A DNA stretch of 58,418 nt, counting the filler, from Sphacelaria rigidula (taxonomy: Eukaryota): the NCBI GenBank assembly GCA_964200075.2. It is 8 parts of 8 records of this genome, joined end to end, with 100 filler letters (N's around TTAATTAATTAA, not from the genome) between each part and the next. Parts side by side here need not be neighbours in the genome. Positions count along the whole stretch, not along the records: positions 7,316 to 14,530 come from CAXNAA020015928.1; positions 14,631 to 21,845 come from CAXNAA020015929.1; positions 21,946 to 29,160 come from CAXNAA020015930.1; 5 more parts are not named here. One strand, written 5' to 3'. A model generated the notes under the pieces. It was given only the letters and a program-made list of their open reading frames with translations. It searched no databases and had not been told where the DNA came from. The position numbers and the translations under genes were made by a program. Shown piece after piece: positions 12,196 through 24,131 of the stretch (position 1 is the first letter of the stretch; each line of letters begins with the position of its first letter).

Positions 12196-14530
12196 CATTC
12201 CCGTGGAGGAATATTTTTTTCCCGCCGCACGGGGAGAGACGCGCGGGGGGGAGGGGGGTCATCAGCCGCGCGCCCCATATTCCTCATGTCATGCATGCTG
12301 GGGCATCTTGATTTGAACTCTCCCAGTCCGTTTCACTATTATTATTCTCATTTTAACCCTTATCCTGTAGGAAGGTGTTTTACAAATCAATGTCCCTGGC
12401 ACATTGAATACAGTACGCAGTCGAGTACATCGGGTGAAAAATGAATGGGTAGCAAAAGTAACTGTTCACGGTTAGGACAAATCATCACGACTCAAAATCA
12501 CCAAATTCACGGTTTCTTTGACCTGATTGCCAAAACGAGACAAAAAAGTTGATCGCTGGTCCAAGGGGTATCCACTCAAATTTTGCCCCGTTCCACACGT
12601 CTGGGCTGCGTGTACCTGAGTTGCAACGCTCACATAAAGCCTAGGGATTGATTCGTCACGAGTCGACTCATCATACTAAAACCAAGTAATTTTCAGATGA
12701 ATCATTATTTATTTGTCCGATCCCTGTAACTGTTGGTGAGAGCATCTTCACACAGCGGTGAGTGTACCATGTGTACAGTAATGGTATACAAACGGGCACG
12801 TCCTTCCGCTACTGTACTGCTGAGTTGCGATCGATGCACTTCAATATTGCCGGGCATATGTAATTCTAGTGTAGTGCTACCGACATGCAGTTACGATGAA
12901 AGCATCGGGGAGGACAAAGCTATCCGGTTGTTGACGTGCAGGACGGAAAATGACATGATTACGTGTGTGTGGATCGCCCCGAGGACCAACAGGACTTGCT
13001 CGAGATTCGCAAACTAATGTGAACAATCGTGATCAACCCATAGCCTTCGCCTTCCAGCACGGCCAATGCAGTGCTTTACAGTACAGTGCAGTACAGAAGT
13101 GCAGCAGCACGGATTTGTTGCGACTGTGTGTGGTATTCTTGCTGTGCACATAGTGAGCCCCTTGCACAATTTTCAGGAGTATGCGGAATGGACAAGAAAC
13201 TCTTTCGTCTACGAGTACAGCGATGCTGCTATTTGCCAGCTTTTTCATTTTTTCACTGCATTACTGCTGCGACGCAGTTCAAGCGTTCGTTGTAAGAGTA
13301 AAGTCAGGCGGCCTTCCCTACCGCCACACGGTTAATGTTGCTGTATTTGATGATACTCGCTCCATACCACGTCGAGCACAGAGGCCATCGCGTGCAGTGT
13401 CGTGTCGGCGGGCCCAGGGGACGGCAGACAGCGAGGACGACCAGCGAGTGTTCTGGGATGTCGTCGTCAAGGTCGGTGTTGTGTTGTAGGAACGGTATCC
13501 TGACTGCAGTCAGTACCACCGCCCTCGTATCTTTGTATCTCACCGACATGTCGTATCCGGTCGATCTGCAACGGTTCATTCCCAGACAGTGCAGAGACAA
13601 AATGATCATGTAAGCTGTGCACCACACGTAATCATTTTCATTGCGAATACATTGCATTCTGTGTACGATCAAAACTGCACAGCAGCCAAGAAGCGAGCAA
13701 TGCATTCCACGGCCGGTGACGCTAGCAAAATCTATCTCGCTTCATCCTGTTTCATGAATGAATATATACGCGACGTACCGTTATTTGGGCGCGGCGTGCT
13801 CATCTGTTCCGCATCGCCTGCATGATACAGAGGTGACATAAGCTTACGCTCGTTGACGTAGTGCGAGAAAAATGCAAGGCCTGCCTCAGGGCTTGATGTG
13901 AGCGTAGATGTGCGCATGGATTTCGATTTTGCAGAGACTTGCGTAGCAAGCAAGGGTGGCATGTCTTCTGGTTCCGGCACCACACTGAAATTGTTTCTGT
14001 GCGCCCAAATTTGACCGGGGGCAAGAGATGGGGGAGGCGGGAGGGGCGGGGGGTGCTCAAGTAAAAAGGATGATGTACATATTCACACTTGTGGAAATGA
14101 GGTCGGTTCACGTCATGAAAGTTTGTGACTGGAGACGAAGCTCGGACTTGAGTCGTTTTGGAGACTGGTACGAGTTGACCTCGAGTCAGAGAGGTTGAAC
14201 TGATGTGATGGTTACAAAGCACCAGTGAGGCGGCTGGGTTTGGGGGTTTCCTGGAGACCATGTCTCACTATGATGGAAGGTGCCAGAAAACATGAGCTCG
14301 CCGAACCAGTTGCTCGTGTGCGTTGAGACAATCCTGTAGCTATGAGCCGCTTGCGGGGGTCTCCATACTGCTGTCACAGTGTTTTTTGGACAGAGTGTAA
14401 AATGTTGTCATAGCCAAAAAAATTGGAGAATGAGAGGGGGGGGGGGGGGGGCCCCTTTTTTTGCTTGCCTTGGCCTTTTTCCCGCTTCCCACGCTCCCAT
14501 TTTGTGAAAAAGAACCATTCCTACCCCTAA

Positions 14531-14630
14531 NNNNNNNNNNNNNNNNNNNNNNNNNNNNNNNNNNNNNNNNNNNNTTAATTAATTAANNNNNNNNNNNNNN
14601 NNNNNNNNNNNNNNNNNNNNNNNNNNNNNN
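14531..14630. other. Artificial contig linker
   Basis: Same N44-TTAATTAATTAA-N44 structure. Confidence 0.98.
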
Positions 14631-14646
14631 TCTCGCGGTCTAAGGG
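14631..14646. mobile_element. End of a piggyBac-type MITE (family H) inserted at a TTAA inside a LINE
   Basis: tctcgcggtctaaggg followed by TTAA; the uninterrupted LINE at ~57572-57590 reads atgtactcacTTAAaacg. Confidence 0.75.
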
Positions 14647-14650
14647 TTAA

Positions 14651-15065
14651 GTGAGTACATTCGCAACTTTGCTCTCAAAGCTGTATTACTCGTCGTTTTC
14701 GAGCATCCAAGTATCTTCTTAGCTGCTGCCATCTGTACTGTCTCCAACCTCTTCACCAACTTCACGTTCCCCTCCCCTACTTCTCCTGCACATTCCAGCT
14801 TTGGTACGATCACGTTCACCAGGATGCATCTCTTAATCCTAGTGTCTAGGTTCGGGTCTCTGAAGATCACGTCCAACCAGCCTATCTGTGCCTTACCCTT
14901 TTCCATTAGTTTGTTTATGTGTGCATCCCCAGAACAGTTTTTCGAGATCTCCACGCCAAGGTATGTATAGTATACTGGTCCACGATAGGCAATTCTTTTT
15001 CTCCCCACTTCCATTTGAACTCTACCTGGTTTTTCTTATCTTCGTTACAGACGAGTACCGCGCAT
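14651..15065 (-). mobile_element. LINE family C fragment, RT C-terminal/thumb region
   Basis: YTYLGVEIS...WLDVIFRD...LETVQMAAAKKILG; homologous to 57195-57585. Confidence 0.88.
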
Positions 15066-15340
15066 AGCAAACGGTGGGGGGGGGGGTTAAAGTGGAGCTA
15101 CAAACGCTGTGCATTGTATTGCACTGTGATACTTAGCTTATGACAGTATGCATCAGTAAACATCAGCACGATACTGTATCCGTAAGAGATTATGGCGGTG
15201 AGGGAGCGAAGGTGTGGGCAAATACGATGCGGTGCGTTACTCTGGTCGGGTGAGAGGGAGCGGTCTCACTCAGCCGAAGATAGTGAGCACAAAAGATCAG
15301 CTAATATCAGTAGATAGTACACCGCCTGAACTAAGCTCAC

Positions 15341-15516
15341 TTGCTGGCCGTTCTTTGCACCATAAGCATCGTGGGAAGCATCATACTGGCGTTTGAACCC
15401 CTGGCGCCGGTGCTCGATCCAGGCTCTGACGCCGGTTCAGCCTTGTGCTGCTGCTGCTGCTGCTGTTGCGGGGAGAATGGCAGGCCCGTCATCTTCCGCT
15501 GCGAAGTAGTCACCAT
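15341..15516 (-). CDS. Probable first coding exon of an unknown poly-Q protein (MVTTSQRKMTGLPFSPQQQQQQQHK...)
   Basis: ATG at 15516, open frame, gtgagc donor; CAG repeat encodes poly-Q; no family recognised. Confidence 0.45.
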
Positions 15517-17316
15517 GCTCAACGACAGTCGATTGATCCTCTGGTCTATGTTTATTCGCGGTGTAGAAACTCAAGAACACAATGGCATGTTCAGCCATTC
15601 AGGTATCTTACGGCGTTCTCGAAACATGCGCGCCGCGCGCCCTCCTTGCTCCTGAAAATCCGCCGCATCTGTTGCATCATGTGACGGTTTCAGGAGAAAA
15701 TATGCAGTACATTTTTCAAATCATGACGGACTACCCCACTGAAAAGTGGAACCCCACTTCTTGTGCAGGGTGGGGCAAACACTTTCAGATACGGTAGGTC
15801 ACACTTGTGCGAGCCAATTGAGTTGAGTGGAAGTTACTGAAAATGGTAGCCATGGAGAGGACCGATAGTAAGTGCATAAGCAGCTGCGTGTTAAGCCTAT
15901 TTCTCCATCGAGCTCGTGCATCCTACGCCTCGCGTCTACTACTGTTGTTGTTGTGGCGAAGGTGGAAACGCTTCCAAGACTACCTGTACATGAATATGAG
16001 TCAACAGACGTTACACGACAACAGTGAAGACACGGTAAACGTTGGTACAAACGGCTGCTATACAGGTGTCCACCACTGCTACTGTTGTGCTGTCTGCCTT
16101 CTGTCTTCTATCTTCGTACCGTAAGGAACGCTTCACAGATACGTCGCAAATGCACACAGTATGGTATGTACGTACGAGAGTACTACAATATTACTGTACG
16201 TCCTGCAGAAACGAAGGTGGCATGAAAAATTGTTCTCAGGCCCTCTCACCTGTACTACTGACTACCATCTCTTGTGAAATACTGTCGACTGTATACACTC
16301 CCCACATCGGCCCATCTACGCATCGTGTGTACGTATGTATGTATGTGCACGCCCTGCTGCTCGTACAAAGAAAGCTCGCCCATGTACTGTAGAGGTCAGA
16401 TAAGCAAATACTCGGGTAAAGGAATATGGAGGGTACTGTTGTACTACTGTAGACAAAAGGGATCGATTACAGGACATAGAACTCGTTATAATGTTGAAGA
16501 TTTGACGGTCGAACAGTTGTTGCGTCTGTTGCAGTTTGCACTAACGGTTGGGGGTTGAGGGTGCAGGGATGACGTCACCTGTGATGGTCCGTACCCGAAC
16601 CGTCCCCATGATTCAGTAGAGTAACGCAGCATGACCTGGGATGGACTTGGTTTTCCGTTTCATTGCTATTTATTGCACTACCAATGTAGCTACAACTGCG
16701 TGTTATTACTCTATGCTGCACTGCTGTACCATATTGCACTGCTGCTCTTCGTCTGACTGCTGTGCTCCGTTATACTTGCTGTCATTTCTGGATGTTGCGC
16801 CGTCCTTCGAGTGGTTCATTTCAAATTTTAAAGCAGCTCACTAAAATTCAACGAACCTCCAAATTCCGAACTTTCCAACTTTCATGGGGCTCGTCACGAC
16901 GCCAAACGTAAGAAAAATTAAAATTTCAAAATTTCAAAGCTTTATTTATTTTCTGGTCCTTCTACACACGTGTTGTGGGAAAACAATGAGAGAATTCCGG
17001 GACCGATCCAGAAAGAAGAAATCTCGAACTATAATCTTGTACTGTCTGTACTTTCGCCCCACGCTCGGCACACGGGAGGTGCCGCAGCGAATACAGCTCG
17101 GGAACACACGTCGTCTTGCCGTGTGACTCGTGTCAATCCAGTGTGACGAACGCGTGAAGTCCCATCTTCGTGACGTTGCGGCACTGCTACTGCCGGTACT
17201 CGCCTGTCCCGCACCGTTTCACTGCGGCATCGAGAGGCAGAGGGGGTAGAACACAACCGTTTTCCCAGTAAAACAAATTGGTTCGCAAATTCATTGGGGA
17301 TTGACAACAGAACCCG

Positions 17317-18092
17317 ATGATGACAGACTATTCTTCGCAGATCAGCATGATCAAGCAACTGTCGCCGTCCCGCCGAAAAGCAGGAGCAGCAACAGCAGCA
17401 GGAGCAATGTCTCCTGATGCTGTGCGACAACATTGCGACCCACCTTCATCAGCAGCAGCATCGTCCTCCAAGCTACCTATATTTATTTCAGCCCTGACGC
17501 TGCTACTGTCCAACAGCAAAATGGTAGCCAGGGCGGCAGATCTCTCGGTCAACACCCCGAGTGGATCCGACGTCGCCTCTGGCGATACCATGACGGTCGA
17601 GTGGACGTACCTACCCACCACTTCAGCTGACGATACAAAAGTGCCAACCCTGACCACTGGAGACCTTACTGCCTTCACCATCGAGCTAACAACTTGCGGG
17701 GACGAGGGTAATGACTGCAGCGAAAGCAGTGGGACAGAGGGATCCTGCGGCGATTCCTATGCTTCCTTGTGCACGAACGATGAAGGTCTATGTTTCGACT
17801 CGGATGGGCAGTACGATGTCATCATTCCTGCAGACACCTCAGCTGGCCAGTATGGTATCAAGGTGGCGTTGGCATCAGACCCCACCGTTGTGTTTGCCTG
17901 CTCTGGTTCTTTCGAGGTTGCGGATGGGGGGTTCGTCGCTGGAAAGCCCAGTCTTGAGGTTGTGACTCCTGATCCGCTCGAGTTGGGCGCTGCGTTTACC
18001 GCACAGTGGGCCTACTATGATACTAGCGGAGCTCCTGCTGCGGGGACATTCAAGATCGACCTGTACGCTTGCGAGGATGACGACTGCGAAGG
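17317..18092 (+). CDS. First exon of a secreted/surface Cys-rich protein with tandem Ig-like (Kre9/KNH, Ser-Thr-rich GPI family-like) modules
   Basis: 259-aa ORF with a hydrophobic stretch LPIFISALTLLLS. Module V.TP...GDT.TVEW...F.I.L..C...G.YDV.IP...G.Y.I.V...CS..F.V is followed by the start of a second module; gtgagt donor at 18093. True start Met uncertain. Confidence 0.85.
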
Positions 18093-19109
18093 GTGAGTGG
18101 TCCTGGTTGGGGGACGGGACGGGAGTTGTTTGACTACATTTGTACTAGCGTTGCGAGTCGGGTGGCTGGCGGGGGGGAGGGGGGGTTGGCTACAGATGCG
18201 CCACAGGAGCGCGCTGGGCGGGGGGGGGGGGGGGGGCGAGAGCGGACAGGTGACAAAAAAAATAGTTGTCATCGTATCTATGGATTGTTCTGTTGCAGTC
18301 CTATCTGTACTACAGTAAGAGCAGTCACAGACGACCCAACTGTGTACAGTTGGGTTTGGCGCACACCAGGCAACAGGTGAGGGTGGTGATTCTGAGAGCA
18401 CGCCCCACTTGCCGGAACGAATCCTTGCTGTGAATAATAGACAAAAGAGAAGAAGAATTTGGGGTGGAAGGGGTCAGGAAGTTGTTCCTGACAAAGTATT
18501 GGCGCTGCATGATGCGAACTGTTCTCGCGTACACTGCCCCCGATGCGAATCTACGGTAGAAGTAAGTTCTGCTGCTTGCTTCTACGGTGTCGGTCGCTTG
18601 TATTGATTGATCGAGTGATTGTCGCATAGTAACTGATCCCCGAGCGTTTATCTGCAGCAGGCGCACAGGCCGCGCGCCGCGGGCTCAGATGGATTGCCGG
18701 CTGAAAACATGTGAAGCCCTGTAGGGCCGTATAGACAGTCAGTACCGAAGTCTAAGATGACATCAGCGTTTCCGAGGCATGTTTTACACGTCGCCGTTCC
18801 TGTGGATGATGTACACAGAGCTCGGCAGCAGCATCTCCACCACAGGACCGGCGTTTCACAAATACAGTATCGATCATACATGTACTATCGTGTGTATGAG
18901 TGCTTTTGCACAAGCTGAGTAGGCGGCGGAGTAGTGTGAAGATGGCCTCCGTCAAGGTTGTTCTCTCGGTGTTGAATACAGTAGTTGATCCCCCCCCCTC
19001 CCCACGCCCCCCAATCGTCCGTCGCACGGCGGTGTACAAGTATTGCGGCTTTTTTCAGCAGGTTTTGAGATTGTTTGGTACGTTAACCCATCGAAGACCG
19101 CAAACGTGA

Positions 19110-19245
19110 GGTGGAGTATTGATACACGATTAGAAGAAAAAAAACGTGTCGGCCTTCCTTCTGTGTGACCCCGGCTAATGCGCCCACATGTACCGAAAAG
19201 TGTTGACTGACGTCCAAAATAAATGGGATTACAACACATAACGAC
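19110..19245 (+). mobile_element. Family D 3' portion
   Basis: Homologous to 5525-5660. Confidence 0.6.
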
Positions 19246-19601
19246 ACGCACATCGAATAATATGTTGTGAGGATCCTACTGGACTAGATGAATACTCACA
19301 CCACGAGTCAAACAAGGCGGATCTTCCCAGTGTAGGATTAGTTACCATCACCACTGACGCTGTCCCTGTCCCTTCGTGAGAATGCAACCCTTGGGACAAC
19401 CACAATGCAACAGTTTGTTATGGATATTAAAAAAAAATGCGTCAGCCTTCTCCCTGTCAGATACTCGCCTTGGTTGGAACGGGCTGCTGCTTCCTCTGGA
19501 ATTATCGAGAACTTTGCACAGTCGTCGTACAAACACGGGTGCGGTAAATCTCATGAAAATCAATCTATGTCACGGCTGAAAACTGCCTTATCAATACATG
19601 G

Positions 19602-19830
19602 CTGATTGATCGATTGATTGATTATACCACTTGAACTGACCCCCAGGGATCCAGTCGTGGTCACATGATATGACGTACCCCAAGACAAAACAAGATTGAA
19701 ACACTTGCTGAAGAAAAAAGAAGGAACAGAAACGGTCGGACGGTATGACATTCAACAGTAGTGGACCAAGACGTGAAGAAAATATACATGAATGAAAAAC
19801 AAGTAAAGCAAAGCACCGGAAGAAATGGTG
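19602..19830 (-). mobile_element. Retroposon 3' end with (AATC)n tail (family B)
   Basis: gaccacgactggatccctgggggtcagttcaagt + (aatc)n on the minus strand; homologues at 40340, 43270 and 52540. Confidence 0.75.
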
Positions 19831-20419
19831 CGGTTGAAAACCTCTTTCTACCTTGGCCCACCCTGTTGCCCTCCCGCCAACGTGGAAATATCGTATTGCG
19901 CAAGAGGGTACGCAAGTTTCCTCCTGGGAGTAATCCCCATCTTTTGTGGGATGAGGGATACGAGAGGACTCAGGAGAACCCCTCGCAGATTGTGTTTTCG
20001 GGCAACATGTGAAGACTACTGTATCCTAGTCCAAACTTCCAAACACTTCTGGATGATGGTATGTAGCCGTATTTAGTCTTTATCCTTGGGCTACGAGCTT
20101 TGTCTCGGAACAGTTTCACCGGCTCACAGTCCAGGGACACGCGGGGGTTTCTAGCGGGCAGGAACGTTTTTTTTTCGCGGGGGGGGGGGGGGAAGAGAGG
20201 TTCCTAGATTAACCGGGAACTACAACACCATTTTAATCATCACTTGTGTGTGGGACTTTCCGTACGAAAATTTCAAGCAAGGGTGGAGCGTTTTTATGGT
20301 GCTCACTGGTCAATCTTGGTCACTCTGTTCCCACAGAAGATGCAACCTGTTGTGTTCCCATGGAGGATACGATCTATTGAGCAGTGTAACCGTATTCGAT
20401 CATCTGGGTGACAAACGAC

Positions 20420-21320
20420 CATTCAAAGATGGAGAAAAGCCAGCCAATGATGTGCTATGTTGCTCCGTGCATGGTTTTTACGCACTGCCTGGCCCCTTCC
20501 TCTTGTCTTGTTAGATTGCTGCACAGAGTCCACTTGCAATAAAACTGTTGAGCAGTGGAGAGCTATGGCACGCTGATCGTTTTTATACTGTTGTGCCCAA
20601 CCCCCGATGTACAGTATAACGTCCACGTGTGCGACATGGTAGAGCACCAGCACCAGTCATATGGGGGGTGAAAAATATCGGTTTGGGTTGAGATGATGGT
20701 TTCATGCGGTCGATCAAACCTGCCCGCGGCGTGTGCCAGCACTGTCTCGAAAGTCCCGAACACTGGAAAAATCATACTACGTACAGTACAAAGACAGCAT
20801 GTATGCTGTCTGCGTATAATATTTGCGCCAGTACTCATGTGAATGCTAGCGCACTGTACCACCACTTCCAAAGCACTAACGTATTTGTCCCACAAGAAAG
20901 ACAGGATACGTATTGTACAAGATGCGCACTTGATTCGTGGATAAAAACAAACGGTCAGCGGCTCTCGTGTACTCATTTCTCGACAAATAGGTCCACATCC
21001 ACGTGTCCATACGAACAGGCGTTTCGTCCTTTAAAAGAACAACATCTTCTGAAACCCAGAAGGTGTCTTAAATGTTCTGAGGTGACCCGTGGGGAGTTGC
21101 AGGTTGCAGCCTGGGTTGAAGATACAGGCGGATTCCTCACATGTTTCAGGCTGAAAACGGATATTCCACAGCTGTTTCCAGCCCGATGTGGGTTTATCAC
21201 AATCCAGGCACCGCCCGTTGAAGGCAACATCGCCACTTTTTTCGGGTGAAGCACGGAGTTCTCGGTTTCGGCGAAGCCAGGAATAGATTTCGCCCACCCC
21301 AGGCAGCGCCGAGGCATGAG
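20420..21320 (-). mobile_element. Decayed Ty1/copia reverse transcriptase relic
   Basis: Broken frames give PGFAET (GxDFxET-like), ...FGTFETVL...G, and VAHVDVILYIG (YVDD-like) in the expected order. Confidence 0.45.
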
Positions 21321-21377
21321 TTTTCTTTTGCTTTTGGGTATGATGTCACCATTGTGCGTACGTAGGTCCCTCCCCCC

Positions 21378-21845
21378 TGATGGAAATAAGGGGAAAAGGA
21401 ACGCTCAGACGCAAAAGTAGACGAGGAAGAACACCTGGAGTACGCAGCGAAAAATATGAAACTGCCATTTTGGGTGGGAGACGTAGACCTGCCAGAAAGG
21501 AGAAAAATATATACCAGTCGTCGAAAGGATAGGGAAGTAGATGGACAGGACTGCCTGTGTGGCGAGAAAATCGAGAGCAGAAGTCATATAGTGGCAGAAT
21601 GTGAACTATACAAGAAGGAACGGGACGTGCTAGAGGGGGAAGTGCGGGACGTGAACGAAAGTGGGATGGAATCGTTTGATGGCTATACTAGGAGATAGAT
21701 GGTGGCCAAAAACGGCGAAACAGGACGGGGATGAGACACGCAATTATTATTGTGCAATGTATGGAAGGAAAGTAATGAGCGCCGGAATGTTGGAGGTGTC
21801 TCTATTAGGAGTAGGAACGGTGCTCCGTCTCGAAAGGGATGCGTG
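21378..21845 (+). mobile_element. LINE family C 3' fragment with Zn-knuckle (CLCGEKIESRSHIVAEC)
   Basis: CCHC-type motif typical of non-LTR ORF2 C-termini; colinear with 57820-58380. Confidence 0.88.
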
Positions 21846-21945
21846 NNNNNNNNNNNNNNNNNNNNNNNNNNNNNNNNNNNNNNNNNNNNTTAATTAATTA
21901 ANNNNNNNNNNNNNNNNNNNNNNNNNNNNNNNNNNNNNNNNNNNN
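21846..21945. other. Artificial contig linker
   Basis: Same structure. Confidence 0.98.
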
Positions 21946-21949
21946 CTAC

Positions 21950-22013
21950 CCCGTCTCGAAAGGGATGCGTGGTCAATGGTCAAACGACTAAGGCAAGCAA
22001 CAAATGAGTACGC
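21950..22013 (+). mobile_element. LINE family C 3' terminus
   Basis: ccgtctcgaaagggatgcgtggtcaatggtcaaacgactaaggcaagcaacaaatgagtacgccc. Confidence 0.88.
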
Positions 22014-22084
22014 CCCCCTCCCTACCCCATACGCTGGAGGTAAGTAGTGCTGTGACTACGGGAGGAACCGCCCTTCCCCCCTCT

Positions 22085-22467
22085 TGAGGGCTGGCATCAC
22101 TTGCACACGGTGCTGTAGAACACGCCACTCACTGCGTAATCTAGGCAACCAGGTAACCGGGGTTTTCTGGCGGTCAAGATGATGGTGTTCGGGCTAGACC
22201 ATTTTGTGCGGGGCGGAGGACCCGAACTCCGCTCAAAGGGGATGATCGCACTACGTGGTATTTATATGATGGGCCATCCATGAGGCAGTGTAAAAGCCGT
22301 GCCTGTCTTTGCAAGTGGCGGCTCGCTGAACCCATCACGGTGCTTCGCTCTATGTGATTGATCGCGAGCCTGATCCGGCGAAAACCCGGCGTGCTCCGTC
22401 CCGGCTTTGTAGGGATCCGAGGTTAATGGTCTTATGGCTACGGCATGAAAGATCATGAGTACACCCC
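22085..22467 (+). mobile_element. Retroposon family G; 3' end related to LINE family C
   Basis: Homologous to 36665-37215, 35505-35835 (reverse) and 43735-43790; ends aatggtcttatggctacggc...atgagtacaccc. Confidence 0.7.
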
Positions 22468-22795
22468 TCGGTCCACCGGCCTCGTTTTGTTCTCGTTGCC
22501 TGTAGGCAGCAGCACACAGATATTACATGAATGTTATTCGCGATATACCGTCTTTTCTTTACACAGTTGAAATACTCTCGTGGTGAGCATTGGCATCCAG
22601 GCACCTACTGTACCTCTCCGTCGTTTCATTTTCGGTCATTGTTTTTGTTCTGAAATTGTTCGGCCTGTGAAAAAGCTGAAAACTTGGTCACACCCCTGCC
22701 CCTGTCCAACTCTTGCCTTGCTCCCCTCCCTTCCCCCCCTCCTTCTCCCTCCAACGCACCCATACGCATCCAAACATCGATTTGTGACGCAACAG

Positions 22796-22966
22796 CCGTG
22801 GCTATGGGATGCCAAAACAGGACACGTGTGCAGTCGTTTCCCCGCACACCGCAGACCGGTTCTGGACGTCGCCGCGTTCCAGGAAAGTTCTTCTGCCCGA
22901 GGCTTGTTCGCGGCCGTAAGCCAGACCGAGCTTCGCTTGTATCGAACAACGATCACCCCGCGTTGA
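22796..22966 (+). CDS. RFWD3: Terminal exon of an RFWD3-like WD40 (RING E3 ligase) protein
   Basis: caacag acceptor; PWLWDAKTGHVCSRFPAHRRPVLDVAAF...GLFAAVSQTELRLY* matches the RFWD3 C-terminal pattern WDA..G......PVLD....F....LA.L....IY (by eye). Confidence 0.65.
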   Translation, partial: PWLWDAKTGHVCSRFPAHRRPVLDVAAFQESSSARGLFAAVSQTELRLYRTTITPR

Positions 22967-23878
22967 TGATAATCACCGCCAAGGACCGCTCATGGGCAGA
23001 GCGGTGTGGTGGTGGGGGGCGGGGGGGGACTGTTTGCGTTGCTCTCATGGCAAGGTAGCCTATTGCGAGCGATTTCCACTTTCTTTGGCTTTTTGATGAG
23101 CTTTTTTCCGACCGAGTGCTGTGCTTGAACCATTGCAATCCGCCACTATTAGTGTGTAAGGTGTGCAAATAGTGACTGGAGACACCGCTGGGGAAAAGCG
23201 CACATGTGCCGGTTTAGGAGCGCGGGTGTTTGGTTTCCTGTATAAAATGTTTCGTCGAGGGATATACTGAGCGCGAGAAGAATATTTTCCTACTCACGTG
23301 AAAGCGTGTTATATGAATAGGTTAGACCACAAGTTTTGTCCACAGATGTGGTATCTTGCCAGAAAGCGCATATATCCCCTAGCTGCTTACTTTTGAGGTA
23401 AATGGACGGCTGAACAGGAAAAGGCGCACTGTTTTCCCATCACGTCCACGAGGCTTCGCTGCTCGCCTCCTTGGGGAAGTTACATATGATCCTGCTGGAG
23501 TATGATTTTGGGGAAACGGAATCTCAAGGGTCCTGCGCTCTTTCCTCTTCTCCCTGCCCAGCGTCGGACGACATTTTCGGATCTTGACTGCATGAGCGGG
23601 GGGGGGGCGGCGTGGCGTGGCGTTTGTCACCGAGTGGTGCTCCGGAATGGGCGCACAAATTCCATCTGCGGTTCGAAGAATGGTACGAGTCCTCTATCTC
23701 ATCCAAAAAGCGAATTATGGAATATGTGAAAGCGCGCCCATTTTCCGGGAGAGGGCGCTGTGATGCCACCTGTCTTTGGTGCCGTACAGAGCATCCTTCA
23801 GCGCTTGGGAGAGTCAGCGTGCGTGTTCATCCAGCTACACCACACACAGCCACAAGAAGGGAAATAGAGCTGTCGAGT

Positions 23879-24131
23879 GATGCTGCGATAGCCGCCCCCC
23901 ACCCCCACCCCCACCCAGGCAGGTTTCAGGAGGTGAAATCTACACACGAATCAAATTGACAAGAGCTGAGCAGCTGGAAAGTTACATGTTTGGGGTCGTT
24001 TTCGCCAATGTCGCCCATGCGAGGCACTTCATGCACGCTGAAACCAGCTGTCGTGCGCTGTATACCTACTTTCTTCGTGATCGTTTTGGGGCTGATTTGG
24101 GGGGGGAGGGGGGGGGGTCTATCGCGGCGTT
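23879..24131. mobile_element. MITE family F, copy 2
   Basis: Inverted ends gatgctgcgatagcc / gtctatcgcggcgtt; core shared with three other copies. Confidence 0.75.

Noticed and set aside
12940-13480. Protein-like snippets (HDYVCVDRPEDQQDLLEIRKL; GTADSEDDQRVFWDVVVK)
   Set aside because: In-frame stop nearby, no coherent splice model and no recognisable family
21826-21970. Apparent overlap (ccgtctcgaaagggatgcgtg) across the linker suggesting true adjacency
   Set aside because: The sequence is the multi-copy LINE terminus at which many contigs break, so the match is coincidental
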